From NCBI GenBank assembly GCA_050253415.1, contig JBFWJC010000002.1:256001-320000 (forward strand): a stretch of 64,000 nucleotides of DNA, read 5' to 3'. The number at the start of each line of letters is the position of its first letter. The stretch's first letter is position 1. The notes under the pieces are model-generated. The model was not told where the DNA came from and made no database searches. It saw only the letters and a program-made list of their open reading frames with translations. The position numbers were made by a program, and so were the translations under genes. Origin of the DNA: Pedobacter sp. Its GTDB lineage: Bacteria > Desulfobacterota > Desulfuromonadia > Desulfuromonadales > Syntrophotaleaceae. Of this stretch, positions 8,736 through 17,603 are shown piece after piece.

Positions 8736-10783
8736 TGCTTGCTCGATATCAACCACCACTGGCTGTTCACTTTGTTTGGCATCCATCAGACAAGGATTCA
8801 GTTGACCCAATTCTTGGGAGTGTCTTCAAGTATTTTTCGAGAGATGTTGATCGGCCGTTTTCACGGAACCTGAATATCCCCTTGTTTCTGTATAGCTCCA
8901 ACTACCCGACAATTGGGCCGAGCGATTTCCCCCAGGAGCTCGCAACGCGAAATGTCCTATTCATTTTTACTAGCATTAATACAAGAGGGTATGACTCATG
9001 GAACGACTACATTCGGAAGCTTCCGTGTTCAGACCTGTTGAGGGTTGTCCCGGTGGCCTTAAGCCATGAAGGGCTTCGGCATGGGGGGGAGGGAATTCTC
9101 AAGGGTCTCAATTTTATCCGGGCATTTGAATGGCCCGAGAAGTCTATGCCACAACATGCATTCCTCGCCATGGCGCATGAGGTTTACCGCCATGGATTTG
9201 TTGAAATCGAAGAGGGTGACAAAGGCAAGTCGTCATCCATTAAAATTTTCCTTAGCCATGCAAAAAACGGGGACACTGGTCGCCTTCATGCAGAATCCAT
9301 CAAGCGCTTTATTGAGAACACGAACATCTCTCACTTTTTTGACGCGACAGAGATATCGCCGGGGTTCAAGTTTGATGATGAGATAATTGAGCACATCAAA
9401 GAGTCAACGGTTGTGGCAATTAGTAGCGATGCCTATTCCTCTCGATATTGGTGTCAGAGAGAAATCTTGTGCGCCAAAGAGTTTCACAAGCCAATGATAG
9501 CTGTTGACTGCTTGGAGGATTATGAAGACAGGATTTTTCCAGCCGGGTCAAATGTGCCATGCGTTCATGTGTCGCCGGAATCACCAATCAGCGAATCTGA
9601 CATCTTAAGAGTTCTCACCGCTGCAATTTTGGAAACTATTCGACATCACCATGCTCTTAAGTCGCTTGAGCACTATCAGTCCAGAGGGTGGATTGGTAAT
9701 GATTGCGTCCTTGTCTCTCGGCCTCCAGAAATTCGCCAAATTCTCGCGCTGAAGGAGGGGGGGGGTAGCCAGATTTGCTACCCAGAGCCCCCGATATATT
9801 CTGAGGAAGCAGATTGGCATCGTCAGCTTGAAATTGATACTTTCACTCCGCTTTGGAGTAGGGCTGAAAATCTCTCTTTTAGAGGCTTGCGAGTCGGCAT
9901 TTCCATATCAGATGTTACTAGTGAGGGATTTAGTGATAATCATCTTCCTGCAAGTCAATCAACAAGACTGGCTCAAGATCTTGCACGACATCTTCTTGCC
10001 AGATCTGCCACGCTGATATATGGGGGTGACTTGCGCAAGAATGGGTTCACCGAATTCATTTTTGACGAAGCGATTGCGCTTAAAAGTCGTCTTGACACAG
10101 ATGGTGTTTATGTTGAGAACCACCTGGCTTGGCCGATTCACAAAGCTGATAGGGAAATGACTGCTTGGCGAGCGGATTATAGAGAGGTCATGAAAACCGT
10201 AGAGAATAGCATCCCTAGCGATATCTCTAGCAATGTCGACAAAGAAAATTATCTTTCCCCGTCAACGCCTCGGAACAAGTATTTCTGGTCTCGCTGCCTT
10301 ACGGAGATGCGGCTAAATTCTATTGATTCCTCGCATGCACGTATCTGTGTAGGTGGAAAACTATTCGGATACAACGGAAAAATGCCAGGTGTCTTGGAGG
10401 AAATTCTCATCGCAATTAGTAAGAAGAAGCCCATCTACTTGTTGGGAGCTTTTGGTGGAGTTGTTGGCGAGGTTTGCAAGGTGCTTCGTAATGAACCATA
10501 CCCAGATTCGCTAACTGAGGCATGGCAGGTCACTCATAATGCCGGCTACGTTGATCTTCAAGCGATTGCACGAGAACATGGTATGCACGCAGATTATGAA
10601 CAGGGAAAGGTAGCCCTTTCAGGTATAGAAATCCACATGCTGTCGGAAAATGCAGGTCTAGAAGAAGATACTTATTTGCGGCTGATGGAAACTCCTTTTG
10701 TAGATGAATGTATTCATCTGGTCATGCAAGGCTTGAAGAAGATCTCGTCAAAGATGAACAGAAAGGAGGGGATTGAAGCGTGA
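8735..10783 (+). CDS. TIR + SLOG (LD_cluster2-like) fusion protein
   Basis: TAATG overlap; TIR IFLSHAK..YWCQREIL; SLOG VGISIS, LIYGGDLR, LTEMR, ARICVGGK, MPGVLEE, PIYLLGAFGG. Confidence 0.82.
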   Translation: MLARYQPPLAVHFVWHPSDKDSVDPILGSVFKYFSRDVDRPFSRNLNIPLFLYSSNYPTIGPSDFPQELATRNVLFIFTSINTRGYDSWNDYIRKLPCSDLLRVVPVALSHEGLRHGGEGILKGLNFIRAFEWPEKSMPQHAFLAMAHEVYRHGFVEIEEGDKGKSSSIKIFLSHAKNGDTGRLHAESIKRFIENTNISHFFDATEISPGFKFDDEIIEHIKESTVVAISSDAYSSRYWCQREILCAKEFHKPMIAVDCLEDYEDRIFPAGSNVPCVHVSPESPISESDILRVLTAAILETIRHHHALKSLEHYQSRGWIGNDCVLVSRPPEIRQILALKEGGGSQICYPEPPIYSEEADWHRQLEIDTFTPLWSRAENLSFRGLRVGISISDVTSEGFSDNHLPASQSTRLAQDLARHLLARSATLIYGGDLRKNGFTEFIFDEAIALKSRLDTDGVYVENHLAWPIHKADREMTAWRADYREVMKTVENSIPSDISSNVDKENYLSPSTPRNKYFWSRCLTEMRLNSIDSSHARICVGGKLFGYNGKMPGVLEEILIAISKKKPIYLLGAFGGVVGEVCKVLRNEPYPDSLTEAWQVTHNAGYVDLQAIAREHGMHADYEQGKVALSGIEIHMLSENAGLEEDTYLRLMETPFVDECIHLVMQGLKKISSKMNRKEGIEA

Positions 10784-10917
10784 TTCCTAATGCACTGAAA
10801 GTTGGCCGGAAGAGGGGTAAATTTGGCGAGGTTATGAAAAATGCGAACTTGGCACTACGGGTCGCCCACAAAATCAAACAATTCTCAAAATGCTACATTG
10901 TAAATGATTCTGTGTAA
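10780..10917 (+). pseudogene. 45-codon ORF coupled to the TIR-SLOG stop, possible truncated next gene
   Basis: AAAGGAGG at 10762-10769 and GTGA start/stop overlap. Confidence 0.35.
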
Positions 10918-11130
10918 ACTGCCTGCCGATCAAAGTATCGGTATTCGATCTTTAAAAATGATCCCAATTTGATCCCGGGATGATTTCTATTTACAGATCG
11001 GCATAGTCCCTTTTTCAAGATGTTCAGCTAAAGGAAATTGTCTGTATGGCATCTGCGTTAAAATTTAGTTATCGAAGGACCAAAGGAGAGTGTGGGGGAC
11101 TGATAGCTCACATAAAGAAGGAAATTGCAG

Positions 11131-12828
11131 ATGCAAAAGAATAACGAGGGAATTTTAACGGGGAAATTATTTGTATTTGAAGGGCCAGATGGTGTTGGTA
11201 AAAGCACTTTAGTTGAGTATGTTTGCAGGGCTTTGAAGACTGATGGTGTGCAAGTTTTAACCTTGAGTTTTCCGGGCCGTTCTCGGGGATCATTAGGCGA
11301 ATTGGTTTACCGACTTCATCATGACTCTGGTCAGTTTTGTATTGATAAAATCAATAAATCAAGCCTCCAAGTGCTACATGTCGCAGCCCATATTGACTGT
11401 ATTGAAAGAGTGATTTTACCTGCTTTAAAAAGGGGGATGACTGTAGTTCTTGACAGATTTTGGTGGTCAACTGTTGTTTATGGCACAGCAACTGGAGTAC
11501 CGAAAGAAATATTAGACGCCCTTGTGCGCCTGGAGGAGGTTGCATGGGGCGGGCGTAAACCCGATATGGCTTTTTTGGTCTCAAGAGATAAGCCATTTAG
11601 GGAAGAATTATCGTTGAAAAAGTGGGAGGTAGTTTGTGATCAATATAAGAATTTGTTCGATACTCAAAAAGATATTCATCCTGCCGAGATAATTGAAAAT
11701 AATTCCTCAATTGAAAATATTTCTAACCGAATTTATGAAAAAATGATTGGTAGTAGCAAACAACATTCTTTTGATTACGGAGATATACCGAAATATATCA
11801 ATGATAGAAAAACTTCATATTTAAACTTAACTCGCAACGTAACCTGGTTGCCAACTAAGACTACAGAGGTCTTCGATACATACTGGCGCTTTGCGGCTGA
11901 GAGGCAAGACATTTTTTTCCGCAGGGTAGAAAATACAATCGGTCCTTTTACAAACGACCCAATACTTAGGATTCATAAGTTCACAAACGCTTATAGGGCC
12001 TCAGATAGGGTAAGTCAATATCTAATTAAAAATGTAATTTATAATGGAGACCAGGATCCAAAAGAAGTATTCTTTAGAACAATACTGTTTAAGTTTTTTA
12101 ATAAAATAGAGACATGGGAAAAGTTAACGAATAAAATAGGAGACATTTGCTATAAAGACTTCAATTTTAAAATGTATGATGAAGTATTAACAAAGGAAAA
12201 GATGGTAAACAGTATATACTCTGCAGCTTATATCATGTCTTCAAGTGGGAAAAATATGCCTTTCAATGTAAAGCATAGAAACCATCTAAAGCTAATTGAA
12301 AGGATGATGGCTGAGGACTTACCTCTTAAAATTTGCGACGCAAAATCTTTACAACAAGTTTTCTATTTGCTGAGAGAATATCCAATGATTGGTGATTTTT
12401 TAGCGTTTCAATACGCAATTGATCTCAATTACAGCGCAATGATTAACTTTAGTGAAATGTCTTTTGTCGTTCCTGGACCTGGTGCTAAAGATGGTATGAG
12501 GAAATGTTTTTTAGATTATGGAGGGCGATCAGAGGTTGATTTGATAAAGTGCATGGCGGACCGTCAAGAGCAAGAGTTTGAACGCTTAGGTCTTTCTTTT
12601 AAAAGCTTATGGGGACGGCCGCTTCAACTTATTGATTGTCAAAATTTGTTTTGTGAGGTTGATAAGTACGCTCGAATTGCTCACCCTGACGTTTGCGGCC
12701 TTACTGGGAGGAAAAAGATTAAACAGAAATTCAGACCGATATATAAGCCTATTGAATATTTTTTCCCCCCTAAGTGGAATATTAATGAGGCAGTTAAAAA
12801 AAGTATTAAAATATCTAAAAAAGTTTAG
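11131..12828 (+). CDS. Thymidylate-kinase-like P-loop domain fused to aGPT-Pplase1 / 5-hmdU DNA kinase helical-like domain
   Basis: FEGPDGVGKST, VLDRFWWS; FDTYWRFAAERQ..F..R, DPIL..HKFTNAYRASDRVSQ, GPGA, DCQNLFCE.DKY.R. Confidence 0.8.
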   Translation: MQKNNEGILTGKLFVFEGPDGVGKSTLVEYVCRALKTDGVQVLTLSFPGRSRGSLGELVYRLHHDSGQFCIDKINKSSLQVLHVAAHIDCIERVILPALKRGMTVVLDRFWWSTVVYGTATGVPKEILDALVRLEEVAWGGRKPDMAFLVSRDKPFREELSLKKWEVVCDQYKNLFDTQKDIHPAEIIENNSSIENISNRIYEKMIGSSKQHSFDYGDIPKYINDRKTSYLNLTRNVTWLPTKTTEVFDTYWRFAAERQDIFFRRVENTIGPFTNDPILRIHKFTNAYRASDRVSQYLIKNVIYNGDQDPKEVFFRTILFKFFNKIETWEKLTNKIGDICYKDFNFKMYDEVLTKEKMVNSIYSAAYIMSSSGKNMPFNVKHRNHLKLIERMMAEDLPLKICDAKSLQQVFYLLREYPMIGDFLAFQYAIDLNYSAMINFSEMSFVVPGPGAKDGMRKCFLDYGGRSEVDLIKCMADRQEQEFERLGLSFKSLWGRPLQLIDCQNLFCEVDKYARIAHPDVCGLTGRKKIKQKFRPIYKPIEYFFPPKWNINEAVKKSIKISKKV

Positions 12829-12846
12829 GGTGAGAAAAGAGGCGAA

Positions 12847-13872
12847 ATGGAATACCACCGACCACCGTACTTTTTAAGGGAATTAAAGCTAGAAGTAACC
12901 CACGATTGCAGGTTAGACTGCATTCATTGTTCTAGCATGGCACAGAGAATAACTCACAGAGAAATTCCCCTTGAGAGGTGTAAAGAGATTCTACGTGAGG
13001 CATCAACCCTCGGTGTCGTTGATGTAGCGTTTTCTGGTGGTGAGCCGTTGTTGTGGCAGGGGCTAACCGATGTGGTATCTCTCTCCTCCCATTTAGGGAT
13101 GAATGTTTCTTTGTATACCACTGGTAATGTTGACAGTAATGAATTAATTTTTTCAAGCTTAAAGTCAGCGGGGCTTGGTCGAGTCATGTTCAGTCTTTTT
13201 GGTGAGAATGCCAAGCTGCATGAGACAGTAACAAGGGTGAAAGGAAGTTATGAAGTTACTCTGGCAGCGATCAAGAAATGTATCGATTTTGACTTTGAGG
13301 TTGAACTTCATTTTGTACCGCTATCGGATAATTATTTAAGTTTAAGGAAAATTGCAGAGTTAGGAAAAGTGCTTGGTGTGAGTCGTTTGAGTGTTCTTAG
13401 GTTAGTTCCGCAAGGGCGTTGTGAGCTAAATGGCGTCAAGGCTTTAACAAAATCTCAAAACCTTGATTTGCGGAGATTGATAATTGGGCTTCGAGATCAG
13501 GGTTACGAGATCCGCACTGGCTCCCCCTTTAATGCCTTGATGTTGAGGGAAAAGCCACAATGCTGTTCAGGGATAGACAGATTGACAGTGTCTCCAGATT
13601 TAAAAATTTCCCCATGCGACGCCTTTAAACAAGTATCCTGTCAGTCGTTGGGTGTTGGAGATGAATACTCCTCATTGAATGGCAACACGCTCACAGAGTG
13701 TTGGGAAAAATCTCCATACCTTCAGCTTATTCGTAATTATTTGACAACACCCTTTGCAAATATATGTGCTGTTTGCCCCTCATTGGAAAACTGCCTTTCT
13801 GGATGTGTTGCCCAAAAATTTCATGCTTATGGAAATTTAGCTAAATGTCCAGATCCAATGTGTTTAATGTAA
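12847..13872 (+). CDS. Radical SAM enzyme with SPASM domain
   Basis: CRLDCIHC, SGGEP, C.SG..RLTV.PD...SPC, CxxC..CxxxC..DPMC. Confidence 0.9.
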   Translation: MEYHRPPYFLRELKLEVTHDCRLDCIHCSSMAQRITHREIPLERCKEILREASTLGVVDVAFSGGEPLLWQGLTDVVSLSSHLGMNVSLYTTGNVDSNELIFSSLKSAGLGRVMFSLFGENAKLHETVTRVKGSYEVTLAAIKKCIDFDFEVELHFVPLSDNYLSLRKIAELGKVLGVSRLSVLRLVPQGRCELNGVKALTKSQNLDLRRLIIGLRDQGYEIRTGSPFNALMLREKPQCCSGIDRLTVSPDLKISPCDAFKQVSCQSLGVGDEYSSLNGNTLTECWEKSPYLQLIRNYLTTPFANICAVCPSLENCLSGCVAQKFHAYGNLAKCPDPMCLM

Positions 13873-14030
13873 TTCGCTCTTGCCTATCAACAACGGGCAC
13901 CAAGTTAAACAATCCGTTTATTCAATGAGGGGATCGGGGCCGGATCTTTTCGCGAACAATCTCAAGGATATCCATTATAAGTAAAGAAAAGCCGGAAGAC
14001 AGTCTTCCTGATTGGCTAGCTGATTAGCTA

Positions 14031-14152
14031 GGGTCGGACCAAGGTAAGCAACTGATATTCCACAGAAATCATTGAAAAACACCGCCAAAAACAGGCTTAT
14101 AAGCCCCTTTTTGGGGTCAAAATGCGCCGGTTTAAGATATTTGGGGGCAATG
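14031..14152. repeat. 122-bp direct repeat, copy 1
   Basis: Matches 15347-15469 with about 10 differences; both copies end in GGCAATG. Confidence 0.92.
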
Positions 14153-14173
14153 ACGTCAGTCATTGCCCCTTTT
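14144..14173. terminator. Intrinsic terminator hairpin
   Basis: GGGGCAATGAC-GTCA-GTCATTGCCCC-TTTT. Confidence 0.7.
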
Positions 14174-14200
14174 CGACAATGAAAATATACTTTTCTTGGC

Positions 14201-14387
14201 TCAATGTCCCAAATGCGAGGAATACTTGACCAGTTTTCGAATGGATTTCAGTACGGACATTCCTTCACCAAGATCGTGCTGCAAATCCTTGCTTGCGGCA
14301 GTATGTTTTTCGATATACGGGTGGCCGGAACCATAGATTGCCTGAACCAGATCTTTGACCGCATCGCAAAACAGGGCAATGTCCCGG
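14201..14387 (-). pseudogene. 3' half of a split small helical protein gene
   Basis: RDIALFCDAVKDLVQAIYGSGHPYIEK..LGH* has no start; joins 15463-15546 at a 13-bp repeat. Confidence 0.6.
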
Positions 14388-14547
14388 TTTTCCGTGCTAG
14401 GGGAGCGGCGGGGACGTTGCTCAGTTGTTGACTAAGTCTGAACGTATCCTGGATGGAATCGTCTTGCAGGAGACGGAATTGCGATAAATTTGCCCCAAAA
14501 TTCAGCAATTACCGTCGATTTGGGCCACCCTTCGTCGCACTTGACGC

Positions 14548-15159
14548 TCAATCGTTAGGATCGGGGGCGATCTCGGTGGGGCCTTTGATCAACACGCCCC
14601 ACGCTCCAGGGCTGAGATCCGCCGCGTTGGCTTCATCGGTGTCGACGTGCATATCCAGCACGTAGCTCTCTTTGACACGTACGAGCACGTCATCAAAAAT
14701 GATCCCCCGCTTGCCGCCCACACGCACCATGACCCATTGCCTATCTTTGACACCCAAGCGCTCTGCATCGGCCGGGGTCATATGGATATGTCGTGCCGCC
14801 TGGATCACACCTTTTTCAAGCACGACGACGCCTTGAGGGCCTTCGAGACGAATGCCAGGTGTATCCTCGAGCTTGCCCGAAGCGCGGATCGGTGCGTCGA
14901 CACCGAGCTTGAACTCGTCGGTGCGCGATATTTCAAGCTGCGTCTCCTGGCGCTCGGGGCCAAGGACGCGTACGCGCTCGATGCAACCTTTGGGGCCGCA
15001 GATGGTGACCGTCTCTTCGCAGGCGAATTGTCCTGGCTGACTTAATGCCTTGGCGGGCGTAAGCTGATGGCCGGAGCCAAAAAGTGCCTCGACATGTTGG
15101 CGGCAGAGATGAACGTGGCGCATGCTGGCGCTGATGGGGATGCGGAGTTCTTCACTCAT
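14548..15159 (-). CDS. pduL: Phosphate propanoyl/acetyl-transferase, PduL family
   Basis: S.RHVHL, LSQPGQFA, VRVLGP.R..TQ.E.S.TD, RHIHM, MHVDTDEANAA. Confidence 0.92.
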   Translation of the reverse strand: MSEELRIPISASMRHVHLCRQHVEALFGSGHQLTPAKALSQPGQFACEETVTICGPKGCIERVRVLGPERQETQLEISRTDEFKLGVDAPIRASGKLEDTPGIRLEGPQGVVVLEKGVIQAARHIHMTPADAERLGVKDRQWVMVRVGGKRGIIFDDVLVRVKESYVLDMHVDTDEANAADLSPGAWGVLIKGPTEIAPDPND

Positions 15160-15346
15160 CGATGGACTTTTCTCCAAGATTCGCAAAAGGTGGGGTGTTG
15201 ACTGGAAATAGCTTTGCAGGCGCCTGAAGCGGGCGGTGATCAGCGCCGACGTCTGTGCCTTCGAACTTACCATCCCCTCATTCGGCCGGTCAACAAAGAA
15301 TCCCCCGCGTATGGCTTGGACTAAGGCCAGCAAGGAAGGGGTGATT

Positions 15347-15469
15347 GGGTCTGACCAAGGTAAACAACTGATATTTCTCCGAAATTATTGAAAAACACCG
15401 CCAAAAACAGGCTTGTAAGCCCCATTTCGGGGTCAAAATGCGCCGGTTTAAGATATTTGGGTGGCAATG
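15347..15469. repeat. 122-bp direct repeat, copy 2
   Basis: Matches 14031-14152. Confidence 0.92.
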
Positions 15470-15546
15470 TCCCGGCCCGCATTTCTTCCCGGGCTTTCAC
15501 AAACCATGTTGCTCTGGTCAATGAGCAAGTCGATTTTTTGAAGCAT
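15463..15546 (-). pseudogene. 5' half of a split small helical protein gene
   Basis: MLQKIDLLIDQSNMVCESPGRNAGRDIA runs into repeat copy 2. Confidence 0.55.
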
Positions 15547-15812
15547 TTTGCTACCATCTATAATTGCCTCTGCACCTGTTGCAGAAAATTCGTGGCGCAG
15601 ACAACAGCAGCGATCTATTGAAAATACAGTCATTTGCATCGTTTCCCTTCCATTGTTTTCATTTCGGTTATGCTTGCAGACTAGACCTGCTGCACCTTGG
15701 ATAGCAAATATCCCCACCATTTGACTCATTGTAAAAAAATCATTTACAATTGCCGCCTTAATGCCTACAGGTTTGGTTCACTATTTTGAACTCAATGCAC
15801 GAAATGGGGACA

Positions 15813-17276
15813 ATGAATATCTATACGATCCAGTTTGGGCTGTATCTCGTGCTGATGCTCGGTATCGGCTATTATTCCATGAAAAAGACCAGCAACAACG
15901 AGGACTTCCTTATCGGAGGGCGTACTCTCGGGCCTGTCACTACCGCCATCAGCGCCGGCGCTTCCGATATGTCCAGTTGGCTTTTGCTCGGTTTGCCTGG
16001 AGCGGTCTTTGCCAAGGGGCTTGTCGCAGGGGTATGGATATCTGCCGGCCTGGTTATCGGAGCCTATTTCAACTGGCTCATCGTCGCCGGCCGACTCAGA
16101 GCTCTGACTGAGCGACTGGATGCCGTGACCCTGCCGACCTACATCTCAAACAGATTCAATGATACATCGGGACTTTTGAAATACGTCTCCACCCTTGTCA
16201 TTCTCTTTTTCTTCACCCTGTACGTTGCCTCCGGTCTCAAAGGCGGCACTTTGCTTTTTGCTCATGCTTTCGGAGCGACAGAACAGACAGCCTTGTTAGT
16301 CACCACACTCGTGGTCGTGTCTTATACTTTCCTGGGCGGTTACATGGCAGTCTGCTGGACCGACCTGATCCAAGGCCTTCTCATGCTTATCGCGCTTGCT
16401 TTCTGTGCCGTCCTGGGATATATCGCGATATCCGGCACAGGTACCGATATCGCTGCGGTAAATCCCAAGGCATTTTCCTACACAACCTCATGGATCACAG
16501 GCGCATCACTTATGGCCTGGGGCTTCGGCTACTTCGGCCAGCCTCACATTCTGGCCAGGTTCATTGGCATCAGTTCGGTGAAAGAGGTGCCCCGTGCCCG
16601 CCGTGTGGGCATTTCCTGGATGATCATCTGCCTTCTTCTCTCAACTCTGATCGGCTTAATCGGAATCGGTTACCATCATGTTTCGCCTCTTGCAGGCATG
16701 ACAGGTCCTGGTGCCGATAAAGAGAGGATTTTTCTGGCCCTGACTACCGCCCTGTTCAACCCGGTATTCGGTGGTTTTGTTCTCGCGGCAGTGCTTGCAG
16801 CCGTCATGTCGACGGCGGATTCCCAGCTGCTTGTCCTCACATCCTCGCTGACGGAAGACCTGCCGTTTTTCCAGAGGTTGAATGATAAAACAAAAGCGTG
16901 GATCAGCAGGTTCGGCGTCGTGGGTTTTGCCCTGATCTCCTTTTTGATCGCCCTCAATGATTCCGGAACCATTCTCGCCATGGTCGGGTACGCTTGGGGA
17001 GGTTTCGGTGCCGCCTTCGGTCCCCTGATAATCCTTTCCCTTATATGGCGCGGCACAACCAAATATGGCGCCCTGGCCGGTATGATCGTGGGTGCGACCA
17101 CGATTTTTATCGTAAAGAATTATTTCAATATCGAAGGCGAATATTTCTACGAACTCCTGCCGGGTTTCATTCTGGCCTTTACCACTATTATTGTGGTCAG
17201 CCTGATAACCACGAAACCGGACGAACATACCCTGAAAAAATTCGATGAAGCCAGGCAGCTCGTCATAAACAGGTAA
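15813..17276 (+). CDS. putP: Sodium/proline symporter
   Basis: SAGASDMSSWLLLGLPG, WTDLIQG, GYFGQPHILARF, AAVMSTADSQLL. Confidence 0.92.
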   Translation: MNIYTIQFGLYLVLMLGIGYYSMKKTSNNEDFLIGGRTLGPVTTAISAGASDMSSWLLLGLPGAVFAKGLVAGVWISAGLVIGAYFNWLIVAGRLRALTERLDAVTLPTYISNRFNDTSGLLKYVSTLVILFFFTLYVASGLKGGTLLFAHAFGATEQTALLVTTLVVVSYTFLGGYMAVCWTDLIQGLLMLIALAFCAVLGYIAISGTGTDIAAVNPKAFSYTTSWITGASLMAWGFGYFGQPHILARFIGISSVKEVPRARRVGISWMIICLLLSTLIGLIGIGYHHVSPLAGMTGPGADKERIFLALTTALFNPVFGGFVLAAVLAAVMSTADSQLLVLTSSLTEDLPFFQRLNDKTKAWISRFGVVGFALISFLIALNDSGTILAMVGYAWGGFGAAFGPLIILSLIWRGTTKYGALAGMIVGATTIFIVKNYFNIEGEYFYELLPGFILAFTTIIVVSLITTKPDEHTLKKFDEARQLVINR

Positions 17277-17301
17277 AAATTGGGGGCGGGGATGCCCTGA
17301 C
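17185..17301 (+). repeat. putP 3' end, copy 1 of a 116-117 bp direct repeat
   Basis: Matches 22553-22668. Confidence 0.95.
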
Positions 17302-17603
17302 CGACCGATTATTGGACAGCAAGACCGTGGCCTGGGGAAAGATTGATATAAATCCCACGATTGTCCATACATTTGCTCAAAGTTTTCATCTGAAAACAGG
17401 CATGAAGGCCTATGTGATATTCAACGTTGATGTATATGGGATTTCATCTGCAGGTATTTGACAAAAAGTCTTCGCGTATTTTGGGACAAACGGCCATGCT
17501 GTGGGTATGCGCAAATCATGGCATCCGCTGGCTTTGTCACCGGCGGCGGAATGAACTGATTTTTTGAGATGTTGGAGCAAATTAGTGCGAAGCGTTGGAA
17601 ACC

